This document shows positions 37,379-49,606 of a stretch of 64,000 bases of DNA, one piece after another (within the stretch, counting starts at the first letter, position 1; every line of letters begins with the position of its first letter). Where the stretch lies: positions 10,358,075 to 10,422,074 of the forward strand of contig NC_069000.1 of the NCBI RefSeq assembly GCF_001194135.2, in the 5' to 3' direction. Origin of the DNA: Octopus bimaculoides. Taxonomy: Eukaryota. Both the position numbers and the translations under genes were made by a program. The notes under the pieces were generated by a model that worked only from the letters and a program-made list of their open reading frames with translations, was not told the DNA's origin and did no database searches.

Positions 37379-39138
37379 AAATTAAGTATCAGGGTCTTAA
37401 TCTAGAAACTGTAATAAAATGTGTAAATAAATATAAATAATAATATACTATTAGATTGGTAATATATAACAGCTTTTCTCTTTATTTAAAGTTACTGATA
37501 TAAAAAAAATTGTTTAAAGTAACTAACAGAAAAATGTTCTTTATTTATTTAGCTTATCAGAGAGAGAATTCCGTAATGAATATGAAGATAAACTTAGAGC
37601 TATAATAACTACAACCCATGTTACCCCAGAGATATAGAGTTAGGCTATAATAAGAGATATCAAAATATTATTAGTTTTTCAGAAGAAACCAGATATGATG
37701 TTACTTAAATAAAGATTATTCACAGAAACTAACAAGTAAATGTCCCTATATTCGTATATTATGGAAGAGAGAACTCAGTAAATAAAATAAAGTAAGATAA
37801 ACAAAAACAAGCATTGAGTACTGATTCGATCCTCAATAAATTCAATTAATATTATTTTTTTAAATAAAGGACTATAAATACAATATGTCCAAATGTTATT
37901 AATTCTTTCAGAAGTAACAAAATAATATTGTTGTAATAAGAATACAAGTTATAAACTACACAATACTATAATAATTATTAATTATTATTGTGGTTATTAA
38001 ATTTAGTTAGTAAGTCAAATAAAACTATTCATTTATTATTATTAGTTAATTGATAAATTAAATGAATATATTTATACATATAATTATTTAGTATAATGAA
38101 GACATCTTATTTGTAATATGTATTAATATTAAATTACTAATATAATGATATATTTTACAGTAACTACAAGAATTTGCACCAGAAAGATGTAAACTATTTG
38201 GAATTAATCCATTAAAAAATTAATTTTCCAAATTCTACATTATTATATAGATTAAGATGACAAAACTTAAAGATATATATACACACACACATATATACAT
38301 ACATACTGAATGTGTTAAACTAATTAAAGATTTCTGATTCTTTTCGTTGATTGAAGAACCTGGGAACATATTTTCTTCAATTATAAATTTTTAGATGCAT
38401 TTTTAAGGGTGGGACAGAATTGTTTAGTCAAGGCTCACGTTTAGCTCTGGCATTAACATATATGCATCAATATGTATGTGTTTTGGCCAAGGTTTTTTTT
38501 TTTTTTTTTTAGTCTATATGTCTAGGACAGTTTCTTAATTTTTGTGGGTATCATTAATTTTTTAACATATTGGAGAGAGAGGCTTGGTGACAGTCTTATT
38601 TGGTTTGTAGTTTAGATTATTTTTTAAAGATAAATTGTTTTCGTGTCTGTAGCATGATATGACTTCGTTTCTCTTGTTTAGTACACGTTCGCTATGTGTG
38701 GTTATGTGGTATTTTTCAGTGGTACATAGAGCACAGGATCCATTTATGCATGCGGTTATGTTGTCTTCTTTTCACTTCAACATTTGTTGAAAGAAGATTA
38801 GGGGTGGGTGGGAAAGAAAGATATAAGAATGGCAGCATCGGTAGAGCGCCAGATAAAATATTTTTTCAGTATATGGTTACATCTTTTTTATATTGAGTTC
38901 AAATCTCATAATACTCAACTATGCCTATTTGCCTTTCCAAGGTCGATTAATAAAATGCACAAGGAGCAATACACACACACACACTTTCATACATACAAAT
39001 ATATACATATACATACACACACACATATGGGAAGAGATGAGTGTTTTTGATTTAATCTACATGACATTTCAATAACACCAGCTAAAGATATTCACTGCAG
39101 CAAAGACAGATTCAGATACTCCAAGATATTCTAGCATG

Positions 39139-39174
<36 letters not shown>

Positions 39175-39712
39175 AAGACATTAAAATAATTTAATAAGAG
39201 ATTACGAGATAGAACATAACCTATTTTTGCAGAATCCACACAATTTGCATTTCACAACTCCATTTCGTATATTCTAATTTCCAAATGCTTTGCAATCATT
39301 CAAATTCCTCCTCCTTAATCAGAATTGCTAATTCAGAATTTTTAATTGCAACTAACTGTGGAGTCAATTAGGTATCAGAATTGTTAATTTTTATAACAAT
39401 AGCTTATCAGAATTTTCCTATATACATACATACGTAATTATAATGTCTGTGTGTGTAAATAATAGAATATCTTTTATCTTTCATTTGTTTTAGTCTTTAG
39501 ACTATGGCCATGCTGAAGCACTGACTTGATGAATTTTTAGTCAAATGAATCAACCCTATTACTTATGTTCTCTTTTTTATTTTCAAGTGTGGTACTTAAA
39601 CTATTGGTCTTTTTTCTTGAATTGCTAAGTTATGTAGACATAAACACACCAACACCAGTTGTCAAATGGAGGGGGGGGGGGGACAAATACAGACACAAAG
39701 ATTTATTCTAAA

Positions 39713-40087
39713 TAAAACAAGAGCACTCAGAGAGCACAAACCTCTGCCAAGGCAACACCAACATCTTCTCAATGATTAGCCAGAGGTGATTTTCAAAGTG
39801 AGAATATCTGAAATAAACTCGACTGCTCTCACAAATGAGAATACTAAAAATGAACCCAATCACTCTCAAAAATTAAGTGAAAAAACAGGAAAAATGATTT
39901 AGAATCTTGTCCGGTACCGGATCAATCCCAAAATCTAATTAGATCATGCCAATCACAAGGCCAAACATCCCTGAAAGTTTAATCCGAATCCACCCAGCAA
40001 TTGTTGAGATATTTTGTCCACGGACAAACAGACAAACAAATATAACTGAAAACAATACCTCCGCTTTCACTAAGGCAGAGGTAATAA
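39713..40087 (+). mobile_element. Non-autonomous Helentron/HINE-type element
   Basis: 5' subterminal aacctctgccaaggc is complementary to the 3' aaggcagaggt. 3' hairpin tacctccgc...gcagaggta followed by ataa. No TSD. Confidence 0.6.
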
Positions 40088-42743
40088 GTTAAAATGATGG
40101 TTGGTTGAATTGAGTAGTATCTGCCAGCTATCTGTATCTGCTCAAGCAAAACAGCTTTTCTCAGAAACCTATACAACAAACATTAATGTGTTTTTCAAGG
40201 AAATCTTTCAAATTTCTTTCTTAGTGATCATAACAAAACAAGCCACGTAGTTCTGGAGATGTGACTCCCACGACCAACTTTATACATGATGCAATTCTCT
40301 ATATACATCCTGTTTAATTACACAACACGGATTAAGCACTTAACTAAAGCTGTGTGATTTAAGAAACCCACGTCATATTTGTCTCTGCACATGCACGCAC
40401 AAAATTGGGGAGTGCTAATTTCTGTCACGGTTTTACATGACAACCAAAGAATAACACTTTTACAAATTTCATCATACGATTTTCTGGTGACAAATGCAAG
40501 AATTTTATGTGCTACTGTAATCAGGAGTTCCATCCAATAAGCTTTAAAAAAAAAAATGATAATTAGAAATACTATTTTTAATGTGTGTGTATATAAAAGG
40601 TAAATCTAGTTGAGTCACTAATCCCAATAACAAATAGAATACTTGCGAGTTGCCCATAAAATAATTGTTTGAGCACAAGGCCAGGAATTTCACGGGAATA
40701 GGAACAAGTCAACATCAACATCGGTATTTTAACCTCAGAGGGATGAAAGGCAAATTAACCTCAACAACTAATTCATTCGATTTAATGAGGGTGCTTGTAC
40801 AGGGTCACTTGATTTACTAGAAATAACAGCCAAATCTCCATTACATTTTACTTTACTATCTTTAGAAAGAAGAAAAAAAGGAAGGACATATGGGTAATAC
40901 ATAGTCCTAGATATCACTATTCACAGAAGAGAGCAAGAAAAAGAAGACAGGATGGGTATTGCTGGGGTTAACCAGGGACTAAATAACACTGTTTCTGTAA
41001 GCCAAGCAAAATATTTAGTTTTCTATGAAACCCATTTAAATTGCAATTCCTGGAGAATACCCAATGGAATTTTTGTATTTTGCTATGTGCCAAAACAACA
41101 GAAATTATATTTCTCTTTTCATGTTTTTTAGGTAATAAAAAAAGATGCTCAATTTTGTTTTCTTATAATTTGTTCTACTTAGGCAAACTACAAGTATATT
41201 TTTATTCGTGGCTGTGTGGCTCAGAAGCTTGCTTCCCGAACATGTGGTCTTGGATTCAGATCCACTGCACAGCACCTTGGGCAAGTGTCTTCTTCAGCCA
41301 AAGCTCCGTTATTCTTTTCTTTCACTTCTCAAGCATGACATAATGCCAAAGGTCTTGGTCATTGCCTCTATGAGGCCCAACACTCGAAAGGAAGTCAGCC
41401 ATGAAAATCTAAATTCAATATTAGTAGGATTTAAATAGAGAAGCAAAATAAATTATTTTCTTTATAATTTTAACCCAAGACCAACAATTTTAAGGGATGG
41501 GTAAGTCAATTACAACCCCAGGGTTCAACTGGTCCATATTTTATTGACTTTGGAAGGATGAAAGGCAAAGTTGACCTCAGCAGCATTTGAACTCAGAATG
41601 TAAAGAACTGCAGGAAGTGCAGTAACAATTCTACCGCTCACCACCCTTTTAATAAATCAAATAATTATAAAAAATTATATAATTTAAAGTTAAATTAGTG
41701 TAAATATATTTAATGTGGAAACATCAAAAAATTGAAATTATGCAGTAATGAGTAGAAAATATTAATCAATGACTTATATTTTTATTCCAGCGAATACGGA
41801 GATAACTTCAGACCTGCAGGGATCTTATTACAACTTCATCGGTGAAACATCATAAACTTCACCATGTTTACCTAAATAGTGATGGCAGAATCACAAAGTA
41901 AATACCCAAGAATGAACACTGGCTGGTTCTGAGAAACAGAATTGTTTATAGAGTAAGCACAGGCAACCTTCAGTCAAAATACTTCATCTGGTCCACAAAG
42001 AGATTTTGACCGATCTGTGAGCAAACATTATTGTTTATTGGAGTACAAAACAGTTTTTTTTTTTTTTTTGCTTATTCTAAGTGTTCCATATAACCACACT
42101 GATGGATCATGAATGGGATTTTGTTACACTGGCCCAAGTGTTGTTTTGTAGTAATTCAAATACTAATATATCAAAATCCTGAATTGCAGGACCACATTAC
42201 TCCCCATGCACATTTTGCAGATGCAATCAATCAAGTTTACAAACAGTAACAGTCTCATTGTGTTTTAAACAAGAAATCCAATGCTAAATGTCTACTTAAA
42301 GAAAGAAAATATAGTTTATTATTGTAAAGTATCTATTTTGTCAACTTTCATGCTTAAACAATGGCTATGAACTAGGAATATTCAAGGTTAATCACTTCTT
42401 TTCTATGACTGCTGCAGTCTCAGATATACTAGTTAAAAGGCATGCCAAAAGGATTAATCACATACTGAGAGATACATCAACCTGATATGTCTTGCAAATA
42501 ATGAGATATCAAATGAACAAGATATTTAAATGTACTACAATACTTATTGAATAACTTGAGCTTCGAAGTACAAGGAAAAAATTCCCATGGCAATGATGAA
42601 TGCAGAATGCAGGATGGTTGACAAAATTTTCAATATACTTGGTCACTGGATTACTTCCTCAAGCCCTCTCTAGACAAATGAGAAAAGTTTTGGAACTGGT
42701 AAACCAGAGAGCTGCACCAGGTTCCAGTTTGATTTGGCATGGT

Positions 42744-42981
42744 TTCTTATTTTTTTTACTGCTCACAAGGGGCCACACACAGAGGGAACAAACAAGGACA
42801 GACAAAGGGATTAAGTCGATTACATCGACCCCAATGCATAACTGGTACTTAATTTATCGACCCTGAAAGGATGAAAGGCAAAGTTGACCTCGGCGGAATT
42901 TGAACTCAGAACGTAGCAGCAGACGAAATACCGCTAAGTATTTCACCCAGCATGCTAATGTTTCTGCCAGCTTCCCGCCTT
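42744..42981 (-). mobile_element. SINE family A
   Basis: High identity to the 45138 copy. Further partial copies at about 18975-19231, 41490-41645, 49690-49865, 52375-52700 and 54655-54750. Confidence 0.85.
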
Positions 42982-43124
42982 AGCTGAGGGAAATATTACC
43001 TTACTTGTAAACAGGCCATGGTTGGCAACAGAAAAGGCATCCAGCCATAGAAGATCTGCCTAAATAAACTCTGTCCAACTCATACAAGCATAGCAAAGGA
43101 GACATTATGAACAATGATGAAAAA

Positions 43125-43595
43125 TAGTTTTCATCTTGTTTTGCTGATTTTCACTTTCATGCAAATGAGTTCGAGCTGCTTGCTACTCCATTTGATGTGT
43201 AAGTGGACACTGCATCAGAAAATTATCAACTAGAATTGATCGAGATGCAGTACGATGACATCTCAAGATATAAATTTTATTCTGAAGATGTGACAGTGCT
43301 TGACTTGTATAGAAAATATATTCATCCAAGTGGGAAGTATCCTAACTTAGTTATCCATGAAAATAAAATGCTAAAACAAAAATAAACAAACACAAAAGTA
43401 AAAATGACGGCATCCTTGTTTGGCAGCACTTATCTGTGTGAGCAATTATTTTCAAAACTGAAGTGCACTAAGAACCATTTGAGAACAAAATTGACTGATG
43501 CCCACCTGGATAATGTTTTGCTATCGGCATCACTAAGTCGAACACCCAATACCAAGAAGCTTTCAAGCAACAAACAGCATCAAATTTCTCATTGA
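43125..43595 (+). pseudogene. hAT (Charlie/SPIN/Buster-type, GTF2IRD2-like) transposase C-terminal remnant
   Basis: Reads FELLATPFDV*VDTASENYQLELIEMQ...KYPNL... then ASLFGSTYLCEQLFSKLKCTKNHLRTKLTDAHL...KQHQISH*, the hAT dimerisation-domain signature. Disrupted by a stop and an A-rich insertion. Confidence 0.85.
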
Positions 43596-44118
43596 TTCAT
43601 CGACCGTTCACATATAAAATTAAATAACTTTCTTATTCTACTCAGTTTACTGCCATTCAAAAGCATTCATGTTCATATATTTCGCGTTTTACAGATTCTG
43701 GTTTTTTTTTTTTTTTCATGTCTTTCTAATAGATTCTAAAGATGCCCTGATTGAAATAAATTGCAACTTAAATTAAATTCTTTGATTACTAATTGGCCTC
43801 CTTTTCTAAGTAAAAATGATTTTGTAGCGTATGCCATTCACTGATTTGATGGAAAATATAATGAGATTCTGATGTTTGTTCCAAATGTAAATACACACAA
43901 ACAAACCCAACACGCACACCCACACAGAAATGTACATTAAAGAATACAACTATAAGAAGTATAAGTTTTTAGTGATTGCTGTGATGCTTGAAGGAATATA
44001 TTTAGATAACACTAAACAAATATACAGTTTTTTTTTTTTTTCACAATCTCTGTGGACAGAAAAAGGTGAGATTAGCCCAATCTATGCTCTCTTCAAAGAT
44101 CATGCACCCATAATTGCC

Positions 44119-44124
<6 letters not shown>

Positions 44125-44168
<44 letters not shown>
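44125..44168. repeat. (GA)n microsatellite
   Basis: Directly visible. Confidence 0.95.
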
Positions 44169-44171
<3 letters not shown>

Positions 44172-45137
44172 CATATAGCCATTTAAAGCCACTAAATATT
44201 GTGACTGCACTCTATTCACGGTTTGTAAAATATTTATAATACATCCATCATCACCACTACCAAATGTCTCATCTTTCATGCTGACAAGAGTTGGACAGTT
44301 TAACAGGAGCTGGTAAGCCAGAGGACTGCAACTAGCTCTGCTGTTTGCTTTGGTATGGTTTCTATGGCTGGATGTCTTTCCTCCTCCTCCTCCTCATCAT
44401 CGTTTAACATTTGTTGTCCATGCTGGCATGGGTTGGACGATTTGACCAGGGCTGGCAAGCTGCAAGGCTACACCAGACTCCAGTCTGATTTGGCATGGTT
44501 TCTACGGCTAGATGCCCTTCCTAACACCAACCACTCCAAGAGTACAACTCCTGTATATATACACACACACATACATATACAGGGTGTCTCTAAAATTACC
44601 GCTGCAATTTTTAAAATTGAGGAAAATATAAAAAACGATAACTCAACAGTGTTTATTGGAAAATACATATATATATATATATACACACACACATATATAA
44701 TGAAGTTTTGTATTATGTAATTTTGCATGATACAGTTACTTAATGGATAAACAGAATGGCAGTTGCTTTGATATTTTTAATTAAAATTTCACATTAATTA
44801 AACAATGTTACCATGTTTTGTTGTGGTTTCCTTTAACCTTTGTCAACAAAAATGTCAATTAAAGCAAAATATTTGTAAAATACAATTAATAAGGAAACAA
44901 AATAAAATGTTTAAAAAAAAAAATTGATTCAAGAATGAAGTTTGAAATTAACTTAATGCTAACTACAGGACCCATGCTTATCTCTCAGGAGTTTTGAAAT
45001 GATTGAAAACGGTAAACATCTTCCACGGGATAATGCTCCAGAAAGGCGTGTCACATGGAAATCAAAACCGAAGTTTTATCCAGAGGTGTAATAAAACAGA
45101 TCAATGAAATAGACGATCCTGATCAATACCAGTTCAT

Positions 45138-45372
45138 ATTTCTTTATTGTCCACAAGGGGCTAAACATAGAGGGAACAAACAAGGACAGACAAAGGGATA
45201 TTAAGTCGATTACATCGACCCCAGTGCGTAACTGGTACTTAATTTATTGACCCCGAAAGGATGAAAGGCAAAGTCGACCTCGGCGGAATTTGAACTCAGA
45301 ACATAACGGCAGACGAAATACCGATAAACATTTCACCCGGCATGCTAACGATTCTGCCAGCTCGCCGCCTTA
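45138..45372 (-). mobile_element. Young SINE family A
   Basis: Reverse complement of the 3265 copy. 18-bp TSD tgatcaataccagttcat at 45120-45137 and 45373-45390. Confidence 0.9.
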
Positions 45373-45587
45373 TGATCAATACCAGTTCATGCCAAAGTGA
45401 TACAACCAAGTTGCTGTGGCAGTGAAATACCAAAGTTGAAAATCTGGTGCTCACATATCCAGACCTATTCCATTATGCATTTGGATAAAAACTCCAAACC
45501 CAATCAATTCCAATAGTTAGCTAGAAAATATTACTTGTGCCCTTTAAAAAAAATCAAGTAATGGCCCTAAAACACCCATCAGAGTTT

Positions 45588-45782
45588 TTAACCCTTTAAC
45601 ATTCAGATAACTCTGTCAAATGTAATGCTTATTTATTCATATTGTTTTGTATTAATCATGCATTATCTCATAGCTTCAAAATTTCGATGAAGTGAATGTT
45701 AAAACGATATTGGCCAGTTTGAACATGAAACAGATAAAATATTTAGGGCCAAATACGACCAGATTAAATGCTAAAGGGTTAA
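45588..45782 (-). mobile_element. piggyBac-type MITE copy
   Basis: ttaaccctttaacattcag...aaatgctaaagggttaa. Confidence 0.8.
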
Positions 45783-46015
45783 AAAAGAGTCTGACATTTT
45801 AGTGCCCCTGTTTTTTTGTTTTTTTTTTACTTTTCTTTTGTTGCTGCTGAATCAAACTTGATGCACTATCAGAATAGAAACTGCAAAACGATGCATGAAT
45901 ATTTTGCTATCAGAATGGGAAGTGGCAGAAGGTAGATACTGAATCATATTTTGACTATTAAATTTCTTGATTGTGTGTGGATTTTGGGATTTTATTCTTA
46001 TTTAGAATAATACAG

Positions 46016-46200
46016 TTCAGATGGATGAGGACAGTTGCATAAAAAAGTGTTGATCACTTACAGCGGAAAGAAGTTGTAGAAGAGGGAGAACCAGGAAGAC
46101 ATGGGACGAAGTAGTGAAAGCAGATCTCAGTATGCTGAACTTCAGAAAGAAGATAACAGAGGACTAAGATATGTAAGACACTGCTGTACTCGAGAAGACA
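46016..46200 (+). mobile_element. RTE-like LINE 3' end
   Basis: Translates RMDEDSCIKKC*SLTAERSCRRGRTRKTWDEVVKADLSMLNF, typical of the RTE ORF C-terminus. Confidence 0.75.
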
Positions 46201-46869
46201 TGCCCACCAAGGTGCCACATAAAATGCATTGGCATGGGTGCTGGTACCATGTAAAAAGCATCCAGTACACTCTGTAAACTGGTTGGCATGAGGAAAGGCT
46301 TCCAGTCATAGAAACCAAGCAAAAAAACCAAAACAAGATTATGGAACCTGGTGCATCCCCTGGCCTTGCTAGTTCCTGTCAAGCTGTCCAACTCATGCCA
46401 GCATGGAAAATGGACATATGACGATGATGATGATGATGATGATGAAAAATGACTCCAATATCAAACCATGAACTCCCATTATGCTGCTTGCGGGGGGGGC
46501 AGAGGAAGAGATATTCATCTAGAAAGACATGACAGAAAGAAGAAACCAAGAAAATGTCTGGTGAAAAAAACTAACAATGTAGAGTTAGTTAATTGCAAAA
46601 GAAGAAATTATGAGAGTAATCAAAGAATCTATCGATTATCTCAATAAAATGGGGAAAATGATTTATCCATCTTTATGATTTGGATTCTATATTTGGATCT
46701 GTTTTAGTTACTTGAAGAGTACTATGGGATTCAAATGAGAACAGCAGTATTAATAAGACAGTTTTATAGCACTAGTATAAGATGAAGAAATTTCAGATTG
46801 TAATATAATTCTGGAAAATGGTACAAATATTCAAATTACTATGACTGTGGAAGTCCTCTTGTTTATCGG

Positions 46870-47297
46870 ACAAGTACTCTCGAGCGTGTTCATTGCCAGA
46901 GCAGCTGTCTGGCTTCCGTGCTAGTGGCCCGTAAATAGCACCATTTGAGCTTAATCGTTACCAGCATTGCCTTCTAGCACATGTGCTGGTGGCACGTTAG
47001 AAAATTATTCGAGCGAGGTTGTTGCCAGTGCCGCTGGACTGGCTCCTGTGCAGGTGGCACGTAAAAAACACCTTTTTTGAGCATAGCTGTTGCCAGTACT
47101 GTGTGACTGGCCCTCGTGTCGGTGGCACGTAAAAGCACCCACTACACTCTCGGAGTGGTTGGCGTTAGGAAGGGCATCCAGCTGTAGAAACTCTGCTAGA
47201 TCAGATTGGAACCTGGTGCAGCCTTCTGGCTTGCCAGTCCTCAGTCAAATCGTCCAACCCATGCTAGCATGGAAAGCGGACGTTAAACGATGATGAT
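46870..47297 (+). mobile_element. Same retroposon family, about 4 tandem units
   Basis: Same array and tail as 8705-9095. Other copies at 10580-10870, 46225-46445, 44270-44545 (-) and 30975-31085 (-). Confidence 0.8.
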
Positions 47298-48221
47298 GAT
47301 ATATATATATATCAATATATNNNNNNNNNNNNNNNNNNNNNNNNNNNNNNNNNNNNNNNNNNNNNNNNNNNNNNNNNNNNNNNNNNNNNNNNNNNNNNNN
47401 NNNNNNNNNNNNNNNNNNNNNNNNNNNNNNNNNNNNNNNNNNNNNNNNNNNNNNNNNNNNNNNNNNNNNNNNNNNNNNNNNNNNNNNNNNNNNNNNNNNN
47501 NNNNNNNNNNNNNNNNNNNNNNNNNNNNNNNNNNNNNNNNNNNNNNNNNNNNNNNNNNNNNNNNNNNNNNNNNNNNNNNNNNNNNNNNNNNNNNNNNNNN
47601 NNNNNNNNNNNNNNNNNNNNNNNNNNNNNNNNNNNNNNNNNNNNNNNNNNNNNNNNNNNNNNNNNNNNNNNNNNNNNNNNNNNNNNNNNNNNNNNNNNNN
47701 NNNNNNNNNNNNNNNNNNNNNNNNNNNNNNNNNNNNNNNNNNNNNNNNNNNNNNNNNNNNNNNNNNNNNNNNNNNNNNNNNNNNNNNNNNNNNNNNNNNN
47801 NNNNNNNNNNNNNNNNNNNNNNNNNNNNNNNNNNNNNNNNNNNNNNNNNNNNNNNNNNNNNNNNNNNNNNNNNNNNNNNNNNNNNNNNNNNNNNNNNNNN
47901 NNNNNNNNNNNNNNNNNNNNNNNNNNNNNNNNNNNNNNNNNNNNNNNNNNNNNNNNNNNNNNNNNNNNNNNNNNNNNNNNNNNNNNNNNNNNNNNNNNNN
48001 NNNNNNNNNNNNNNNNNNNNNNNNNNNNNNNNNNNNNNNNNNNNNNNNNNNNNNNNNNNNNNNNNNNNNNNNNNNNNNNNNNNNNNNNNNNNNNNNNNNN
48101 NNNNNNNNNNNNNNNNNNNNNNNNNNNNNNNNNNNNNNNNNNNNNNNNNNNNNNGAATTTATATATATATATATATATATATATAAACACACAGACACAC
48201 ACATCCATCTTGGAAACTTAC

Positions 48222-48351
48222 TTTGCTCATGTGAAGAATAAAAGTTGTGAATACAGTACAAGCCCTAATTTGGTGGTAAATTTTGTGATAATTCCACTCA
48301 GTCATTCCAAATGTGTGAAAAAAGTAACAGAAATTAAAACTAAGAATATAC

Positions 48352-48391
<40 letters not shown>

Positions 48392-48560
48392 CGATGACGA
48401 CAAAAGAGGTGAGCGAAGAAAAGCAGCCTTTAAATTATTAATTCTTTTTAAAGTAAACAGATATATGAAATGTTTATGGAAATATCTATCAGGAAGGAGT
48501 CAATTTCAACAACTCTTTGTTTTCAAAGATGAGAACGTGTGAACGAAAGAGTCAACGAGT
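48222..48560 (-). other. Probable first exon of the minus-strand gene (5' UTR, possibly with start ATG AGC AAA)
   Basis: Perfect donor AAA|gtaagt at 48222/48221. The exon starts at an Inr-like TCACTC just downstream of GC-box, X-box-like and ETS motifs. An in-frame ORF from ATG 48353 ends MSK at phase 0. Confidence 0.45.
48352..48401. repeat. (GAT)n microsatellite inside the predicted first exon
   Basis: Directly visible. Confidence 0.9.
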
Positions 48561-48620
48561 GAGACTTCCTGTTGCTAAGCAGCAAAGAGAGATTACCTCC
48601 CCACGCACCTCCGCCCCCCT
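48557..48620 (-). promoter_or_regulatory. TATA-less core promoter candidate
   Basis: CCGCCCC GC box 48611-48617, GTTGCTAAGCAGC X-box-like 48571-48583, ACTTCCTG ETS site 48564-48571, and Inr-like TCACTC on the minus strand at about 48557-48562. CpGs are locally retained. Confidence 0.45.
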
Positions 48621-49528
48621 TTTTTATTTTAACCTAATAAGCTATAAGAAACAATTCACTAAGGTGCCACATTGTCCCAGAATGATGCTGCTAAATTATT
48701 AGATTTATCTTTTTGCTTCCACTTATTTTAGTCATTGCATTGCGGCCATGCTGGGGCATCGCCAAAGTGTTTAGTCAAACAAATCAACCCTCAATACTTA
48801 ACTGTTATGTCTGGTACTTATTCTATCGGTCTCTTTTGCCAAACTGCTATTTTAAGGGGGACATAGACAAACTATCACCATTTGTTAAAGAGAATAACAA
48901 ACAGTGTTATACGACAGAAGTTTGGCTGCCATTTCTAGCAGGGCGAGCATCTACGTAAAGGCTCCTTCGCTGGCGCGTAAAGCGTATTACGTTACACGAA
49001 ATCACCAGGGTGACTAAAAATGTGAGCAAATACGAACAAAAAATTTACAAAAATGTATTCCCAATCAAGTTTATTCATCGTGTAAAATCATTTCCTTCGC
49101 CAATTAATTTTGAGTTTGGCTTCTCCTAATTTTTTTCTTTTACAGATTTTTTTTTTTTTTTTTGTGTCACCCCAGATTTTTAGAATGCTGGAAATTTAAA
49201 ATTAAAATATATTATTTGTATTCCGCGTCTGTCTCGAAAACATAATTTTGTGAAGTGATTCAAATGAGAAAGCGAAACTTGGTCGCAATCTTAGCTTAGA
49301 ATTTAAACCAGTTCACACGGGACGGCAGCAACAGGGTTACAGACCAACAAATGGTTACGATGGTGACAAACACACTATGATCTACCAGACACATTACCGA
49401 AGCGAATATTCTAGAGTTGCGCCAACAGTATGGTGTGCAGTAGAGGTTTGGGGTCTCCTTGTGCGGTAGCCAAATTGGGAACCTCTCACACCTCTAAACG
49501 CAACATGTTTTCGTCTGCAGCAAACGCG

Positions 49529-49606
49529 TATATAAAAGTGACCACACTCCTACAACCCGTCCCCACCACTGTTGCTAACGTCACCAATGGTGACGTTAGC
49601 AACAGT
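49529..49606 (+). promoter_or_regulatory. TATA box followed by a perfect 39-bp palindrome with RFX and CRE half-sites
   Basis: TATATAAAAG at 49529-49538; actgttgctaacgtcacca-a-tggtgacgttagcaacagt at 49568-49606. Confidence 0.4.

Noticed and set aside
46870-47150. CRISPR-like periodic repeats (also 8705-8930)
   Set aside because: Units are diverged along their whole length with no unique spacers. They sit inside a multicopy retroposon in eukaryotic DNA with no cas genes.
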